Assembly: GCA_038087875.1 (NCBI GenBank)
Contig: CM075992.1
Span: 7,442,001-7,506,000, forward strand
From: Malacoraja senta
Lineage: Eukaryota
Direction of reading: 5' to 3'
DNA length: 64,000 bases
The translations under genes were made by a program, and so were the position numbers. Every line of letters starts with the position of its first letter. The first letter of the stretch is position 1. The notes under the pieces are model-generated. The model saw only the letters and a list, made by a program, of their open reading frames with translations. It made no database searches and was not told the origin of the DNA. Positions 12,441-27,794 of this stretch are shown here, piece after piece.

Positions 12441-13772
12441 ATCTCTTCACGCTTTACTTAGCCCCCATGTTCTTGGAGCAAAAATTCATGTCGGTTTCAG
12501 TTTTATTGCCACATGTACCGAGGTACAGGGAAAAGCTTTTGTTGCGTGCTAGCCTGTCAGCAGAAAGACAATACGTGATTAGCCTTCGAAACCTATTTAG
12601 CCTTCGAAGCATTTCCCTCGGTACTGGTGTCATCTGTTGACTCTTATTGTACATCGCACCACCTGCTTCCTTGTTACAACTGGGAGCCCATAACTGTGCA
12701 CAGTTTCTGACCAAGGTTTGAAACAAGTTTTCTTTGTTTTTCACGTGATCACAAGAAATGATCTTGTCCAGTTTAAATGTATTTGAAGTAACATAAATAT
12801 GGATCAATTATGGTGGAAAATTTAGTTTTGTTCTGTTTATTGTCACGTGTACCGAGGTACAGTGAAAAGCTTTTGTTGCGTGCTAACCAGTCAGCGGAAA
12901 GACAATACATGATTATACTCGAGCCATTTGCACTGTATAGATACGTGATAAGGGTATAACGTTTAGTGCAAGGTAAAGTCCAATCAAAGATAGTCTGAGG
13001 GTCACCAATGAGGTAGATGGTAGTTCAGCACTGCTCTCTGGTTGTTGTAGGGTGGTTCAATTTAAGAATAAGGAGTAAGCCATTTAGAACGGAGACGAGG
13101 AATCACTTTTTCTCACAGAGAGTGGTGCGTCTGTGGAATTCTCTGCCTCAGAGGGCGGTGGAGGCAGGTTCTCTGGATGCTTTCAAGAGAGAGCTAGATA
13201 GGGCTCTTAAAAATAGTGGAGTAACGGGATATGGGGAGAAGGCAGGAACGGGGTTCTGATTGGGGATGATCAGCCATGATCACATTGAATGGCGTTGCTG
13301 ACTCGAAGGGCCGAATGGTCTACTCCTGCACCTGCTGTCTATTGTCTATTGTCTATAATTGCCTGATAAGAGCTGGGAAGAAACTGTCCCTGAATCTGGA
13401 GGTGTGTGTTTTCACACTGCTGATCTCACACAGTTGTTTTCATACCTGCTCTTCTATAGCTGCATTCAATGGGGTCAACAGATGTGAAGTGAGTAGACTA
13501 GGACATGTGGAGTAACTCACCCCTCTTTTAAAGTCACCCATCCTATATACATGCTTGAAAGCAGTTTGTAATGTAAACATTGCCATGCTGCCGTGACAAT
13601 CTTCACATGCGAAAAGCCGATTTATGGCGTGTCAAGTTACAAAGTTATTACAAATACGGATTATATTTGCTGTTTTTACAAGAGAGAAAGTCGACAGGAT
13701 AAAATACTGTTATCAAGTGTTTTGTTGTCATATGTCCCAAAAAGAACAATTAAATTCTTACTTGCAACAAGC

Positions 13773-14690
<918 letters not shown>

Positions 14691-17600
14691 TGGTTATTCC
14701 ATCTTCTACATCTTCCATTTCAATTAACAACACAAAGTGCTGGAGTAACTCAGTGGGTCAGGCAGCATCCCTGGAGAACGTGGATAGGTGACGTTTCAGA
14801 TCAAGACTCTTCTTCAAACCCGTTGAATTACTCCAGCACTGTGTCTTTTTCTTGTAAACCAGCATCTGCAGTTCCTTGTTTCTACATTCTTCCATTTCAG
14901 ATAACCGGATCCCTTCAGAAGTGAATCCATTCTGAATCACTTGGACTGTTTCAATTTTAATTGCTCTTACTTTAAAAGACCTGTTAGTGAGATATTGGGC
15001 GGAGTCCAGAGTTCCTTTCCTGTACTAAAGATTGCATCCTGCCACCCGACTAATTAACCATGTGAATCTCGTCCCTATCTCAGTTGCAGTACCTCAGAAG
15101 TCATTCCCACTCAGTAGTTAAAAGACACTTGGTCAGGTACATAAGGTGGAGAGCGATGAGGGCCAAACGCAGGCAATGGGACTGGCTTACATGGCACATC
15201 TTGCTCGCCATTGTCCATCGGGCTGAAGGGCCTGTTTCTATGCTGTATGACTCTATGACCTTCAATCTCTTTGCCACGTTATCACCATAGAGCAGTTGTT
15301 CAGATATGGGAGGCTGGTTGCTCAGCCACCTCTGGTCCAGTCTGTTGACCCAGGGATCAGCTCAGCTCAAGGTTTAGCACTATAAAGTACTGCTTTATAT
15401 GTGTGTTAGCCTCTGTGTTAGCCAACTTAAGTTCAGATTGAGGCTAATACAAGCTAAGCCGCTCATGGCTCAGGAAGAGAAGTCATGGGAAGAATTAATG
15501 ATGGGGAGTTTGATGACCTGTTGATGAGTGGGTTTTCTCTGGGTGTCATAGCGTCATACAGCGCGGAAACAGGTCCTTCACCCCAACTTGCCCACACTGA
15601 CCAACATGTCCCATCTACACTAGTCCCACCTGCCTACGTTTGGCCCATATTCCCTCTGATCCTGTCATGTCCATGTACCTGTCTAATTCCTTCTTAAACG
15701 TTGTGATAGTCCCGGCATCAACTACCTCCACCGGCAGCTTGTTTCATACACCCACCACCCTTTGTGTGAAAAAGTTACCCCGCAGATTCCTATCAAATCT
15801 TTCCCCCTTCACCACAAACCTATGCCCTCAGGTTCTCGATTCAACCTGCTCTGGGAAAGAGACTCTGTGCGACTACCTGATCTATTCCTCTCATGATTTT
15901 ATGCACCTCTATAAGATCACCCCTCATCCTCCTGCGCTCCAAGGGATAGAGTCCCAGCCTGCTCAACCTCTCCCTGCAGCTCACACCCTAAAGTCCTCCA
16001 GTTTTCTCCCACATTGCAAAGGCATGCAGGTTGTAGGTTAATTGGCCCTCTGTAAATTGTCTCTAGTGTGGGGATAGGACTAGTGTATGGGTGATCGTTG
16101 GTTGGGATGGACTCGTTGGGCCCACAAGCCTGTCCCCATGTTGTATTTCTAAACTAAACGAAACAAGCCCTCTGTCCCTATCACAGCCCTATGATGGTCC
16201 AAGATCTATTATGATCTCTTTGGCATCCCCAAATGTAATTGCTTCATTAATTTGTCCACCTAACCTTGTCATTCTCCCCTGTACCTCTACCCAAGATGCT
16301 GCTAAAAACCAAGAAACAAGGAAATGCAGGTGATGTTTTACAAACAAACAAAAAATACAGAAAGTGCTGGAGTAACTCAATGGGTCAGGCAGCATCTCTG
16401 GAGAACAGGAATAGGTGACTTTTGGGTCGGGACTCTTCTTCAGACTGATTTAGTCTGAATCAGTTTGAAGAAGGGTCCCGACCCGAAACATCACTTGTCC
16501 ATGTTCTCCGGAGATGCTGCCTGACCCGCTGATTTACTCCAGCATTTCATGCCTTCAAAATCTCTCTCCCAGCGACCGAGCTGTGGCTGTCTGTACTTCC
16601 CTCTACCTTGTGCGTCAGTGTTGAACTTAGTTTGGTTATCAATGTGGGAATTTGCCCGAGGAAATGTAAAAGTGAAAGGTTTTACACAAATGCAGATTGC
16701 TGGCGCTGTGATGGGACTGAGTGAGTGAGTGGATTGATCAAGCATCTTTCTAGTGTAGGAAGGAACTTCAGATGCTGGTTTAAACTGAAGATAGACACAA
16801 AATACTGGAGTAACTCAGCAGGACTGGCAGCATCTCTGGATAGAAGGAATGCGTGACGTTTTTTGGGTTGAGACACTTCTTCAGACCTCCAGAGTATCTT
16901 TCAAGCATAGGGGGCATGTTTAAAGAATCCTAGACCAGGGGTCCGGCTAACGATGGGGTCTGTCTCAGTGGGGAGACCTGCGATCCACTGCGGATGGTAG
17001 AGAATTGCTGCCGACGGACTTTGGTTTGGTTTTGGTGGAGTTGAAACGGAGAGGAAATCTGTACTCGGCCTTGACTTTTGTCATTGTACAATGGGACTTC
17101 CTGACTAAAGGCAACCGCATGCAACTCCGTTCTCTGCAGATTATATAATGCATATCGTATCTGCAGCAGGACATAGGAATCAGGAGCAGTGGTTTAGTTT
17201 AGCTTAGTTTAGAGATACAGCACGGAAACAGGCCGTTCGTCCACCGAGTCCGTGCCGACCAATGATCCCCGCACACTAACACTATCCTACACACACAAGG
17301 GACAATTTTACACTTATACCAAGCCAATTAACCTACAAACCTGTACATGTTTGGAGTGTGGGAGGAAACCAAAGATCTCGGAGGAAAGGGCGGCACGGTG
17401 GCGCAGCGGTGGAGTTGCTGCCTTGATTTTTTTTATTGTCACATGGCCCGAGATACAGTGAAAAAAGTTGTTTGCAGGATAATCAGTCAAATCGTAGCAT
17501 ACAAGAGTACAATTAAGCCATATGCACTGAAGAAGGGTCTCTCGACCTGAAACGTCACCTATTATTTTTTTCCAGAGAGTAAACCAGCATCTGGTTTCCT

Positions 17601-18627
17601 TCTTACATGTATACAAGTACAGCAAGTTGTGCAATGAGAAAACTGCCAGACTGCTGGATATGGTGTAACAGCGTTATACCATGCAGCTACAGAGAAAGTG
17701 CTAGTAAAAAAATGGCAAGGGCTGCAATGTGGTAGGTTGGAAGATTAGGGACTTCACTTTTAGCTTATGCAAGGATGGTAGTCTGATAACAACTGGGAAG
17801 CTGCTGTTCCTGCATCTGGCTTTCAAGACTTTGCATCTTCTTTCTGAAGGGAGAGAGCGGAAGAAGGAATAACTTTGGTGTAAATGGCCTTTGATTGTGT
17901 TGGATGCTTTCCCCAGATAGCGTAAAGTGTAGGTGGAGTTGGTTGGAGGAAGGCTGGTTTGCGTATTGAACTGGGCTACATCCACAACTCTCTGCAATCT
18001 CCGCAGCAAGGAACTGCAGATGCTGGTTTACACCGAAGATGGACGCAAAGTGCTGTTGTTACGCAGCGGCTCAGGCAGCATCTCGGGCGAAAAAGGACGG
18101 GTGGCGTTGCGGTTCGGGTCTGAAGAAGGGCCCCGACCCGAAACATCACCCGCCCTTTTTCTCCAGATATGCTGCCTGACCCGCTGAGTTACTCCAGCAA
18201 TTTGAGTCTGTCTCTGCAATTTCTTGTAGTAATGGGCAGAGCTGCCACACCAAGCTGTGATGTTTCCTGTTAGGATGCCTTTTCATAGTGCATCTGTAGA
18301 CGTCGCTACGACTTATTGGAGACATGCTGAACTTACTTAACACTCTGAGGAAGGGGAGGCATTACTATATTTTCTTGGTGGCAGCTCCAATGTGGTTAGT
18401 TCAGGACGGATTGTTGGTGATATTCACACCGAGGAATTTGGAGCTCGTGACCATCTCCACCTTGGCATCAATGTTGTGATGGTTAGGGGCGGCACAATGG
18501 CGCAGCGGTAGAGTTGCTGCCTCCCAGCGCTAGAGACCCGGGTTTGATCTTGACGAAAGGTGCTGCCTGTGTGGAGTTTGCACGTTCTCCCTGTGTCCGA
18601 TTGGGAAAGTATAAGTTTGTTATTTTC

Positions 18628-19102
18628 AAGGTTAATTCCCAGGATGGCGGGACTGTGATATGCTGAGAGAATAGAGCAGCTGGGCTTGTACACTCTGGAG
18701 TTTAGAAGGATGAGAGGGAATCTCATTGAAACATATAAGATTGTTAAGGGTTTGGACACGCTAGAGGCAGGAAACATGTTCCCGATGTTGGGGGAGTCCA
18801 GAACCAGGGGCCACAGTTTAAGAATAAGGAGTAAGCCATTTAGAATGGAGTCGAGGAAACACTTTTTCTCACAGAATGGTGAGTCTGTGGAATTCTCTGC
18901 CTCAGAGGGCGGTGGAGGCAGGTTCTCTGGATGCTTTCAAGAGAGAGCTAGATAGGGCTCTTAAAACTAGTGGAGTCAGAGGATATGGGGAGAAGGCAGG
19001 AATGGGGTACTGATTGGGGATGATCAGCCATGATCACATTGAATGGCGGTGCTGGCTCGAATGAAGGGCCGAATGGCCTACTCCTGCGTCTATTGTCTAT
19101 TG
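18628..19102 (+). mobile_element. CR1 LINE 3' fragment
   Basis: LEFRRMRGNLIETYKIVKG...RTRGHSLRI; tail CTATTGTCTATTG. Confidence 0.85.
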
Positions 19103-20844
19103 TTTTGAACATTACATCTTTGTGTGGAACACGAGGAGCTCTGCGTCTGTGTTATCATACTCAGAGTTGCCTCCCATACCCGCCTGGTGAAATAAAGACA
19201 TTACTGCCAACTTAATTGGGTGTTGTTGTCTGTTGAAGGGAATCGGACTTTAACACTCCCACATTCCAAAGATATGCAGGTTTGTAGTGTCAATTGGCTT
19301 CTGTAAATTGTCCATGGTGTGTAGGATGGAACTGGTGTTCAGGTGATCGCTGGTCGACGTGGACTCGGTCGACCGAAGGGGCTGTTTCCACGCTGTATCT
19401 CTAAACTAAGTTGGCAAACTGCCATGGATCAAAGCTAATTCCCATGTTATGCCACTATTCTGTACAAAAAAATAAGCTGCTGGAGGAACTCAGAGCCAGG
19501 TAGCATCTATGGAGGCAACTGGACAGATGACTGAATCATCCTACCACATCCTATCAGGCAACTGAACCATCCAACCACAACTAGAGAGCTGTCCTGAAAT
19601 ACTATCTACCTGGTGATCCTCGGACTATTTTTGATCAAACTTTACTGGCTTTACCTCACTCTAAACGTTATTCCCTTATCATGTACCTATGCACTGTAAA
19701 TGGCTTGATTGTAATCACGTATTGTCTTTCTGCTGACTGGTTAGCTTTTCCCTGTACCTTGGTACATGTGACAATAAACTAAACTGAAACTGAACTGATT
19801 CAAGTGGTGATCCTCCTTCCGCCTCAACCCAAAATGTTGTCCGTCCATTTTCCTCCACGGATGCGGCCTGACCCTCTGACTTACTCCAGCAGTTTTCTTT
19901 TACTCCAGATTCCAATATATACAGTTGTTTGTGTCTCCCAGACTTCTGTCTATTGTCTATACTCTGCCTTCAACACCATAACCACATGAAACACATCTCC
20001 AAACTCCTGGACAGACACAACCAGCTGGAGTAACTCAGCGGGTCAGACAGCATCTCTGGAGGAAAGGAATGGGTGACGTTTTGGGTCGAGACCCTTCTTC
20101 AGGCCTGAGAGTCAGGGGAGAGGGATTCAGACTGAGAGTCAGGGCTACCTACTTTCACTGTCGTCCTGCTTAGTTTCACTTGTTAGTTTCACTCGTTATC
20201 ATCTTCTCCACAGCCAACCATGGACCATTGTGGGCTCTACTCTCCTTGATCATCGTTGTTGGCTTTAACCCCTGGACCTAGCAATCAGCACCCCCCCCCC
20301 TCCTCCCCTCCTCTACAGTTCCTTGTCAAGTGAATCTTTGCTGTACTCCCCTCTGTGCATCTATTCTTGGGGAAGGACATAACATTGGCTGGGGTGGTGG
20401 GGGGGGGGGGGGTCAGAGTTGTTCTGAGACTAGCTGTGTAAGGATTGCATCACGGAATCTACTGCCGTGTCCTGCTGAGTTACTCCAGCATTTTGTGCCT
20501 ATCTTCGGTTTAAACCAGCAGCTGTCGCGTCATCTCTGCATTGATTTAATAAAACATCTTGTTTTGGTTCAAATCGAGATTCAGGAGACATTTATTGTCA
20601 CATGTACCAATTGGTACAGTGAAATTTTGGGGGTCACCACACAGCCATACGAATAAAAAAAAGAGCACAGAACACGATAGTCTTCAACATAGACATCCCA
20701 CGCTGCAGAATCAAAGTTTCCCAGTGTGAGGGAAGGCACCAAAGTTCAGTCATCCTCCTCTTTGTTGTAAATCACTGACTGTATTTCAGTATCAGAGAGA
20801 GAGAGAGAGACACTGAGACACAGAAGTGCAAGGTTTGAGAATAC

Positions 20845-21140
20845 GGGCAGCATGGTGGCGCAGCAGTAGAGTTGCTGCCTTACAGAGCCACAGACACGGG
20901 TTTGATCCTGACCAAGGGTGCTGTCTGTACAAAGTTTGTACCTTCTCCCTGTGACTGCGTGGGTTTTCTCCGGGTGCTCCGGTTTCCTCCCACACTCCAA
21001 GGACAAGCAGGTTTGTAGGTTAATTGCCTTCGGTAAAGCTGTCCCTAGTTGTAGGATAGTGCTAGTGTACGGGGTGATCACTGGTCACCATGGACTCAGT
21101 GGGCCGAAGGGCCTGTTTCTACACTGTGTCTCTAAGGTTT
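20845..21140 (+). mobile_element. HE1-like SINE
   Basis: Same consensus. Confidence 0.75.
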
Positions 21141-23149
21141 AAAGTCTGAAGCAGCTTAAGAGGCCCGTAAACGGAATGCACACACAGATAATGTGAACTT
21201 AGTGAGCCAGCGTGGAAACAGGCCCTTCGGCCCACCGAGTCCATGCCGACCGTCGATCCGGTTTCCTCCCACATCCCAAAGACGTGCGGGTTTATAGGTT
21301 TCTGTAATTTGTCCCTGATGTGCAGGATACAACTGGTGGACAGGGTGATCGCTGGTCGGCGTGGACTCGGTGGGTCAGAGGGCCTGTTTCTCTAAACTAA
21401 ACGAAATACTGTTGTGTTTAGACTCTGAATACCGAGGGCTGGATGTGATCCCTCACACCTGAGGTAACGCGTGATGCCTGTCAGAGCCAGCGAGCTGTGT
21501 GAGTGCATTGAGACAAATAAGCTCCCCTGATCGGCTAATCTCCACGCACTGGAATTGCTGTTGTTCAAATTTGCTCACGTGCCCCGAGATACAGTGGAAA
21601 ACTTTGTTTTGCATGTTGTTGTGCAAATCGTACCATTCATGACTACATCAGGCAGTGCAAAATTGGGGCGGCAGGGTTGCGTAATGGAAGAGCTACTGCC
21701 TTCCAGCGCCAGAGACCCCGGGTGCTGTCTTTACGGAGTTTGCACGTTCTCCCCGTTGACCTGCGTGGGTTTTCTCCGAGATCTTCGGTTTCCTCCCACA
21801 CTACAAAGACATGCAGGTTTGTAGGTTAAATGGCTTGGTGTAAATGTAAAATTGTCCTAGTGTGTGCAGGATAGAGTTAGTGTGCCTGGATCGCTGGCCG
21901 GTGCGGGCTCGTTGGGGCGAAGGGCCTGTTCCACTGTGTCTCGAAACTAAACTAAATACTGTGTAGGAAGGAACTGCAGATGCTGGTTTAAACCAAAGAT
22001 AGACACAAAAAGCTGGAGTAACTCAGCGGGACAGGCAGCATCTCTGGAGAGAAGGAATGGGTGGCGTTTCGAGTCGAGACTCTTCTTCAGAAACTAAATA
22101 CTGTTGTGTTCCTCGCTGTATCTCTAAACTAAACTAAGCTCTGTTTCCTTCGCTCCATAGATGCCGCCTCACCCGCTGAGTTTCTCCAGCACTTTTGTCT
22201 ACCTTCGATTTTCCAGCATCTGCAGTTCCTTCTTAAACATAAACATGGTGCAGGATAGTATAGAAAGCAGAAACTGTAGATGCTCCTTTACAAAACAGGA
22301 CGCAAAGGGCTGGAGTAACTCAGCAGGTCAGGCAGCATAGCAATGGGCCCTTCGGCCCACCATGTTTGTACTGAACATGACATCAAGTTGAACTGATCTC
22401 ATGTGTAGGAAGGAACTGTAGATGCTGGTTTAAACCAAAGATAGGCACAAAAAGCTGGAGGAACTCAGCGGGACGGGCAGCATCTCTGGAGAGAAGGAAT
22501 GAGTGATGTTTCGGGTCGAGACCCTTCTTCAGTCTGAAGAAGGAGTTCGACCCGAAACATCACCCATTTACTGTGAACTGATCTCATCCACATCCCTCTA
22601 TTCCCTGCACGTATATGTGCCTATACAAAAGCCACTGTCCTATCTGCCTCAACCACCACCTCCAGTAATGCATTCTAGCCCCAAATACTCAATGTGTTAA
22701 AAAACTTGCCCCACACAACTGCATTAAACATTCCCCCTCTCAACTTACAGCTACGTCCACAAGTGTTGGACATTTACACCCTGGGGAACAAAGGTTGTGA
22801 TTATCTATCCTAGCTATTGCCTCCCATAATTTAATATAGCGTCTTTGACATTTCATGTCGGGACCCTTCTGTTGCAGCAGCGGAGAAAGTGCAATTTTTT
22901 TTTTAAGCGCGAGGGTTGCAACGAGGTAGATTGGAAGATCAAGTATACGTCCTTGGCATATGAGAGGTCCGAGAGCCTGAAAAGAGCGGGGGAGAAGCTG
23001 TTCTTGAAACTGGTGGTAGGGGCAGAGTGGAGATGGAGGATGAAGATAAACACAAAAAGCTGGAGTAACTCAGCGGGTCAAACAGCATCTCTGGAAGTGT
23101 TTGCATGGTATATTGATCTAGTTAGGGCTGGCAAATCTGCTCAGACCAA

Positions 23150-24290
23150 AGTACCCAGTGAATGGTAGGGCTCTTGGGAGTGTTGTGGAGCAGAGGAATC
23201 TAGGACTACAGGTACATAGTTCATTGAAAGTGGCATCACAGGTAGATAGGGTGGTGATAAAGGCTTTTGGCACCTTGGCCTTCATCAGTCAGAGTATTGA
23301 GTTTGGAAGTCGGGAGGTCATGTTGCAGTTATATAAGAGGTGGATGAGGCCACATTTAGAGTGTTGTGTTCGGTTCTGGGCACCATGTTATAGGAAAAAT
23401 GATGTCAAGCTGGAAAGGTTACAGAGAAGATTTATGAGGTCTCGAGCTCCTGAGGTACAGGGATTCAAGATTCAAGAGAGTTTATTGTCATGTGTCCCAG
23501 ATAGGACAATGAAATTCTTGCTTTGCTTCAGCACAACAGTCATAAATACAGATCAGATCAGTGTGACCATATATATATACACACATAAATAAACAGATAA
23601 AGTGCAATAGGCTGTTATAGTTCAGAGTTTGTTTGAAGTTGTGTTTAACAGCCTGATGGCTGTGGGGAAGCAGCTGTTCCTGAACCTGGATGTTGCAGTT
23701 TTCAGGCTCCTGTACCTTCTACCTGCTGGCAGCGGAAAGATGAGTGTGTGGCCAGGATGGTGTGGGTCTCGGAGGTTGAGCAGACTGGAACTCTATTCCT
23801 TGGAGCGCAGGAGGATGTGGGGTGATCTTATAGAGGTGTATAAAATCATGAGAGGAATAGATTGGGTAAACACACACTCTCTGGCCCAGAGAGTAGGGGA
23901 ATCGAGAACCAGAGGACATTGGTTTAAGTTGAGGGGGGGGGGGGGGAAATATTTAATAGGAACCTGCGGGGTAACTATTTCACACAGAGGGTGGGTGTGG
24001 AACAAGCTGCCGGAGGAGGTAGTTGAGGCAGGTGCTATCGCAACATGTAAGAAACATTTCGACAGGTACATGGATAGGACAGAAGAAAGGTCTCAACCCG
24101 AAACGTAACCTATTTCTTTTCTCCAGAGATGCTGCCTGACCCCGCTGTGTTACTCCAGCTTTTTGTGTCTATCTCAGATTTAGAGGGACATGGGGCAAAC
24201 GCAGGCAGATGGGACTAGTGTAGATGGGGCATGTCGGTCGGTGTGGACAAGTTGGGCCGAATGGCCTGCTTCCACGCTGTTTGATTCCAT
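23150..24290 (+). mobile_element. CR1 ORF2 fragment interrupted by a Rex1-like 3' piece and a Penelope-like terminus
   Basis: LGLQVHSSLKVASQVDRVVIKAFGTLAFI...RPHLECCVRFWAP then LYSLERRRMWGDLIEVYKIMRG. Confidence 0.8.
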
Positions 24291-25525
24291 CGCCGAGGTG
24301 AGTGGGAATTGTATACTTTCCGTAAAATCCTCCAGGGACATCTCGGAGGTTGTGCTGTGCTGCACATGCGATCCAAGCAGCAGGGAATGAAAGGGTCGAC
24401 TGTTCCTGTCTCCTTGCACACAGCCAGGAGCTGGGAGAATCCCTCGACACTTTCCTAACACAGCAGATAGAGTCATAGAGTGATACCGTGTGGAAACAGG
24501 CCCAACTTGCCCACAACGGCCAACATGTCCCATCTACACTAGTCTCACCTGCCTGCGCTTGGCACATAACCCTCTAAACCTGTCCTATCCATGTACCTAT
24601 CTAACTGTTTCCTACATGTCGGGATAGTCCAGGCCTCAACTACTTCCTCTGGCAGCTTGTTCCATACACCCACCACCCTTTGTGTGGAGAAAGTTACCCC
24701 TCGGGTTCCTATTAAATCTTTTTCCCTTCACCTTAAACCAATGTCGTCTGGATGAATGCTGTTTCACACATTCCAAGGACTTGCTCATCAGAGGTTAGAC
24801 TCATTGTGGTTGTGAGGAGTTCCCGGAGATTCGACTATTTGTTGGGGAGGGGAAGGAACTGCAGATGCCGGTTTGTACCGAGGATAGACAAAAAGCTGGA
24901 GTAACAAGGGCAGCACGGTAGAGTTGCTGCCTTACAGCGCCAGAGACTTGGGTTCGATCCTGACTATGGGTGCTGTATGTATGGAGTTTGCACATTTTGC
25001 CTGTGACCGCATGTGTTTTCTCTGGGTGCACCGGTTTCCTCCCACACTCTAGTTGTACAGGTTTGTTGGTTCATTAGCTTTGATAAAAGTATAAATTGTC
25101 CCTAGTGTGTGCTGTTATTCCCACTGTTCCCATCCAGGTACCCATCCATTATCACTTCTTCCACAGCCAACAATGGGCCATTATGGGCTCCACCCTTCCT
25201 TGGTCACCTGTTGCCCGGCCCTGATTTGTTCTGGCCTTAGAAACGTAGAAAATAGGTGCAGGAGAAAGCCATTCGGCCCTTCGAGCCAGCACCGCCATTC
25301 ATTGTGATCATGGCTGATCGTCCCCAATCAATAACCCGTGCCTGCCTTCTCCCCATATCCCTTGATTCCACTAGCCCCGAGAGCTCTATCTAACCCTCTC
25401 TTAAATCCATCCAGTGATTTGGCCTCCACTGCCCTCTGTGGCAGGGAATTCCACAAATTCACAACTCTCTGGGTGAAAACGTTTTTTCTCACCTCAGTTT
25501 TAAATGGCCTCCCCTTTATTCTAAG

Positions 25526-26461
25526 ACTGTGACCCCTGGTTCTGGAGTCCCCCAACATTGGGAACATTTTTCCAGCATCTCGCCTGTCCAATCCTTTAAG
25601 AATTTTATATGTTCTTCAGACTGTTCAGGTCGTACAGTAGTCAAGTCAAGTCAAGTCAAGTCAAGTTTTATTCGTCACTTGCACATAAAGTGCAGTGAAA
25701 TGAATTTGCCAGCAGCGGTACAATAGAAAAAAGAACACACAATACACAATAAAAATTTAACATAAACATCCACCACAGCATTCATCACTGTGGTGGAAGG
25801 CACAAAGTTTGGCCAGTCCTCCTCCATTTTCCCCCGTGGTCGGGACCACAAACCTCCGCAGTCGCCACTGCGGGCGTCCAGATGTGCAGACAAGGTAAGT
25901 CCAGGTAAGTCCTGAATCGGTGCTTCCCCACCAGAGACCGCGGCTTCAAGATGGTGTAGGCCGCAGGCCGGTGGTCGAAGATCTAATGTCCCCGCCACGC
26001 CGCAGCCAGAAGCACCGCAGACCGCAGGGCCAGCGGTCGGAGCTCCTCTCCAGGGATCCCCGGCGAGGGACCCCGCTCCTGATGGAAGTCCCCGCCGCGC
26101 CCTCGGTTAGAAGTTGGCCGCGGGCCAGCGGTCGGAGTAACCCCAAGCTCCCACCTGGAGGAGGACTGGCCAAACTTTGTGCCTTCCACCACAGTGATGA
26201 ATGCTGTGGTGGATGTTTATGTTAAATTTTTATTGTGTATTGTGTGTTCTTTTTTCTATTGTACCGCTGCTGGCAAATTCATTTCACTGCACTTTATGTG
26301 CAAGTGACGAATAAAACTTGACTTGACTTGACTTGACTTGACTTGACTACTGTACGACCTGAACAGTCTGAAGAACATATAAAATTCTTAAAGGATTAGA
26401 CAGGCGAGATGCTGGAAAAATGTTCCCAATGTTGGGGGACTCCAGAACCAGGGGTCACAGT
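25526..26461. repeat. Near-perfect inverted duplication: arms ~25526-25826 and ~26156-26461
   Basis: Arms are reverse complements with about one substitution and (TCAAG)5 versus (CTTGA)6; spacer ~330 bp. Confidence 0.9.
25638..26155 (-). mobile_element. Unclassified non-autonomous retroposon with (CTTGA)n tail
   Basis: AATAAA plus pentamer tail on the minus strand. Related bodies (CATCCACCACAG...CACTGTG.TGGAAGG) at ~20580-20760 and ~60095-60810. Confidence 0.5.
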
Positions 26462-27317
26462 TTAAGAATAAGGTGTAGACCATTTAGGACTGAAATGAGG
26501 AAACATTTTTTCACCCAGAGAGTTGTGAATCTGTGGAATTCTCTGCCACTGAAGGCAGTGGAGGCCAATTCACTGGATGTTTTCAAGCGAGAGTTAGATT
26601 TTGCTCTTAGGGCTAACGGAATCAAGGGATATGGGGAAAAAGCAGGAACGGTGGTACTGATTTTAGATGATCAGCCATGATCATATTGAATGGCGGTGCT
26701 GGCCCAAAGGACCGAATGGCCTACTACTGGACCTATTTTTCTATGTTTCTATGTTCTATGTTTCTAAGAAGGGTCTCGACCCGAAACATCACCCATTCCT
26801 TCTCTCCAGAGATGCTGCCTGTCCCGCTGAGTTACTCCAGCTTTTTTTGTCAAACCTGAATAGACCAGCAGTTTATCGGCAATGCTGGCTGTCGACGAGC
26901 TTGACAGGCCCCTGGTCAGGAGAATGACCGTCCTGTGAGCAGGTTCTTCTCAGACCCGGGGACCCACAGGCCCGGAGCAGAAGCAGCTCCCGTCCGCCAC
27001 TCGACAAAGCAGGCCCGCTGCCACTCCCTGTATCGGATGAAGGGAATCACCTAATTGCTTCCAGTCTGGGGTCTGGTTCACATTAATTGCCGCTGCTGTG
27101 CTTGGCATTAACGCCGCAGTAAATGAACTCCAGCGGACTAGTTAAGGGAGCTTCCCCGATAGTCCAACTGCACTGAGCCGTACAGCTCAGGACTCCACAA
27201 GTTCAGCCCCACCCACAGCCATCAGGCTATCAAACACTGCAACCTCCAAATAAGATCACAACTACATAGACTTGGGGGCATTGGTTTTGCTTTTATGCAC
27301 TATTATTGTTTGTTGTT

Positions 27318-27424
27318 TTATGTATATGTGTAGATAAATACAGATAATATTTATATATATATACAAATAGATGTGTGTGTATGTGTGCGTGTGTGTATAT
27401 ATATATATGTGTGTGTGTATATAA

Positions 27425-27456
<32 letters not shown>

Positions 27457-27741
27457 ACACACATATATATATATACTAGACCAAGTGCAGACCCGTTGGG
27501 TCTGGACACCGAACGGCGTTTGCAGGGGGGGGGGCTGTTGCATCACACTAACCACCCCCTTTTCTCCAAAGCACGGAATCCGGCACCCACAAACACACAC
27601 ACTCATCACACCCCTTGATATTATCTTAATTTTTTAATTTGCTTCTTTTATCCCATCTCCACCCTATCCACTGACGAATAGCCCTCACCTCTCAGGTGCG
27701 TCTAGAGGGTGGGGGCAGAGAGAGAAAATTTAATGTTACAT

Positions 27742-27794
<53 letters not shown>

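Noticed and set aside
16690..16726. ATG...CTGA|GTGAGT mini-exon (MQIAGAVMGL, phase 1)
   Set aside because: Too short, no recognisable homology, and the donor lies within a (GAGT)n repeat, so it could arise by chance.
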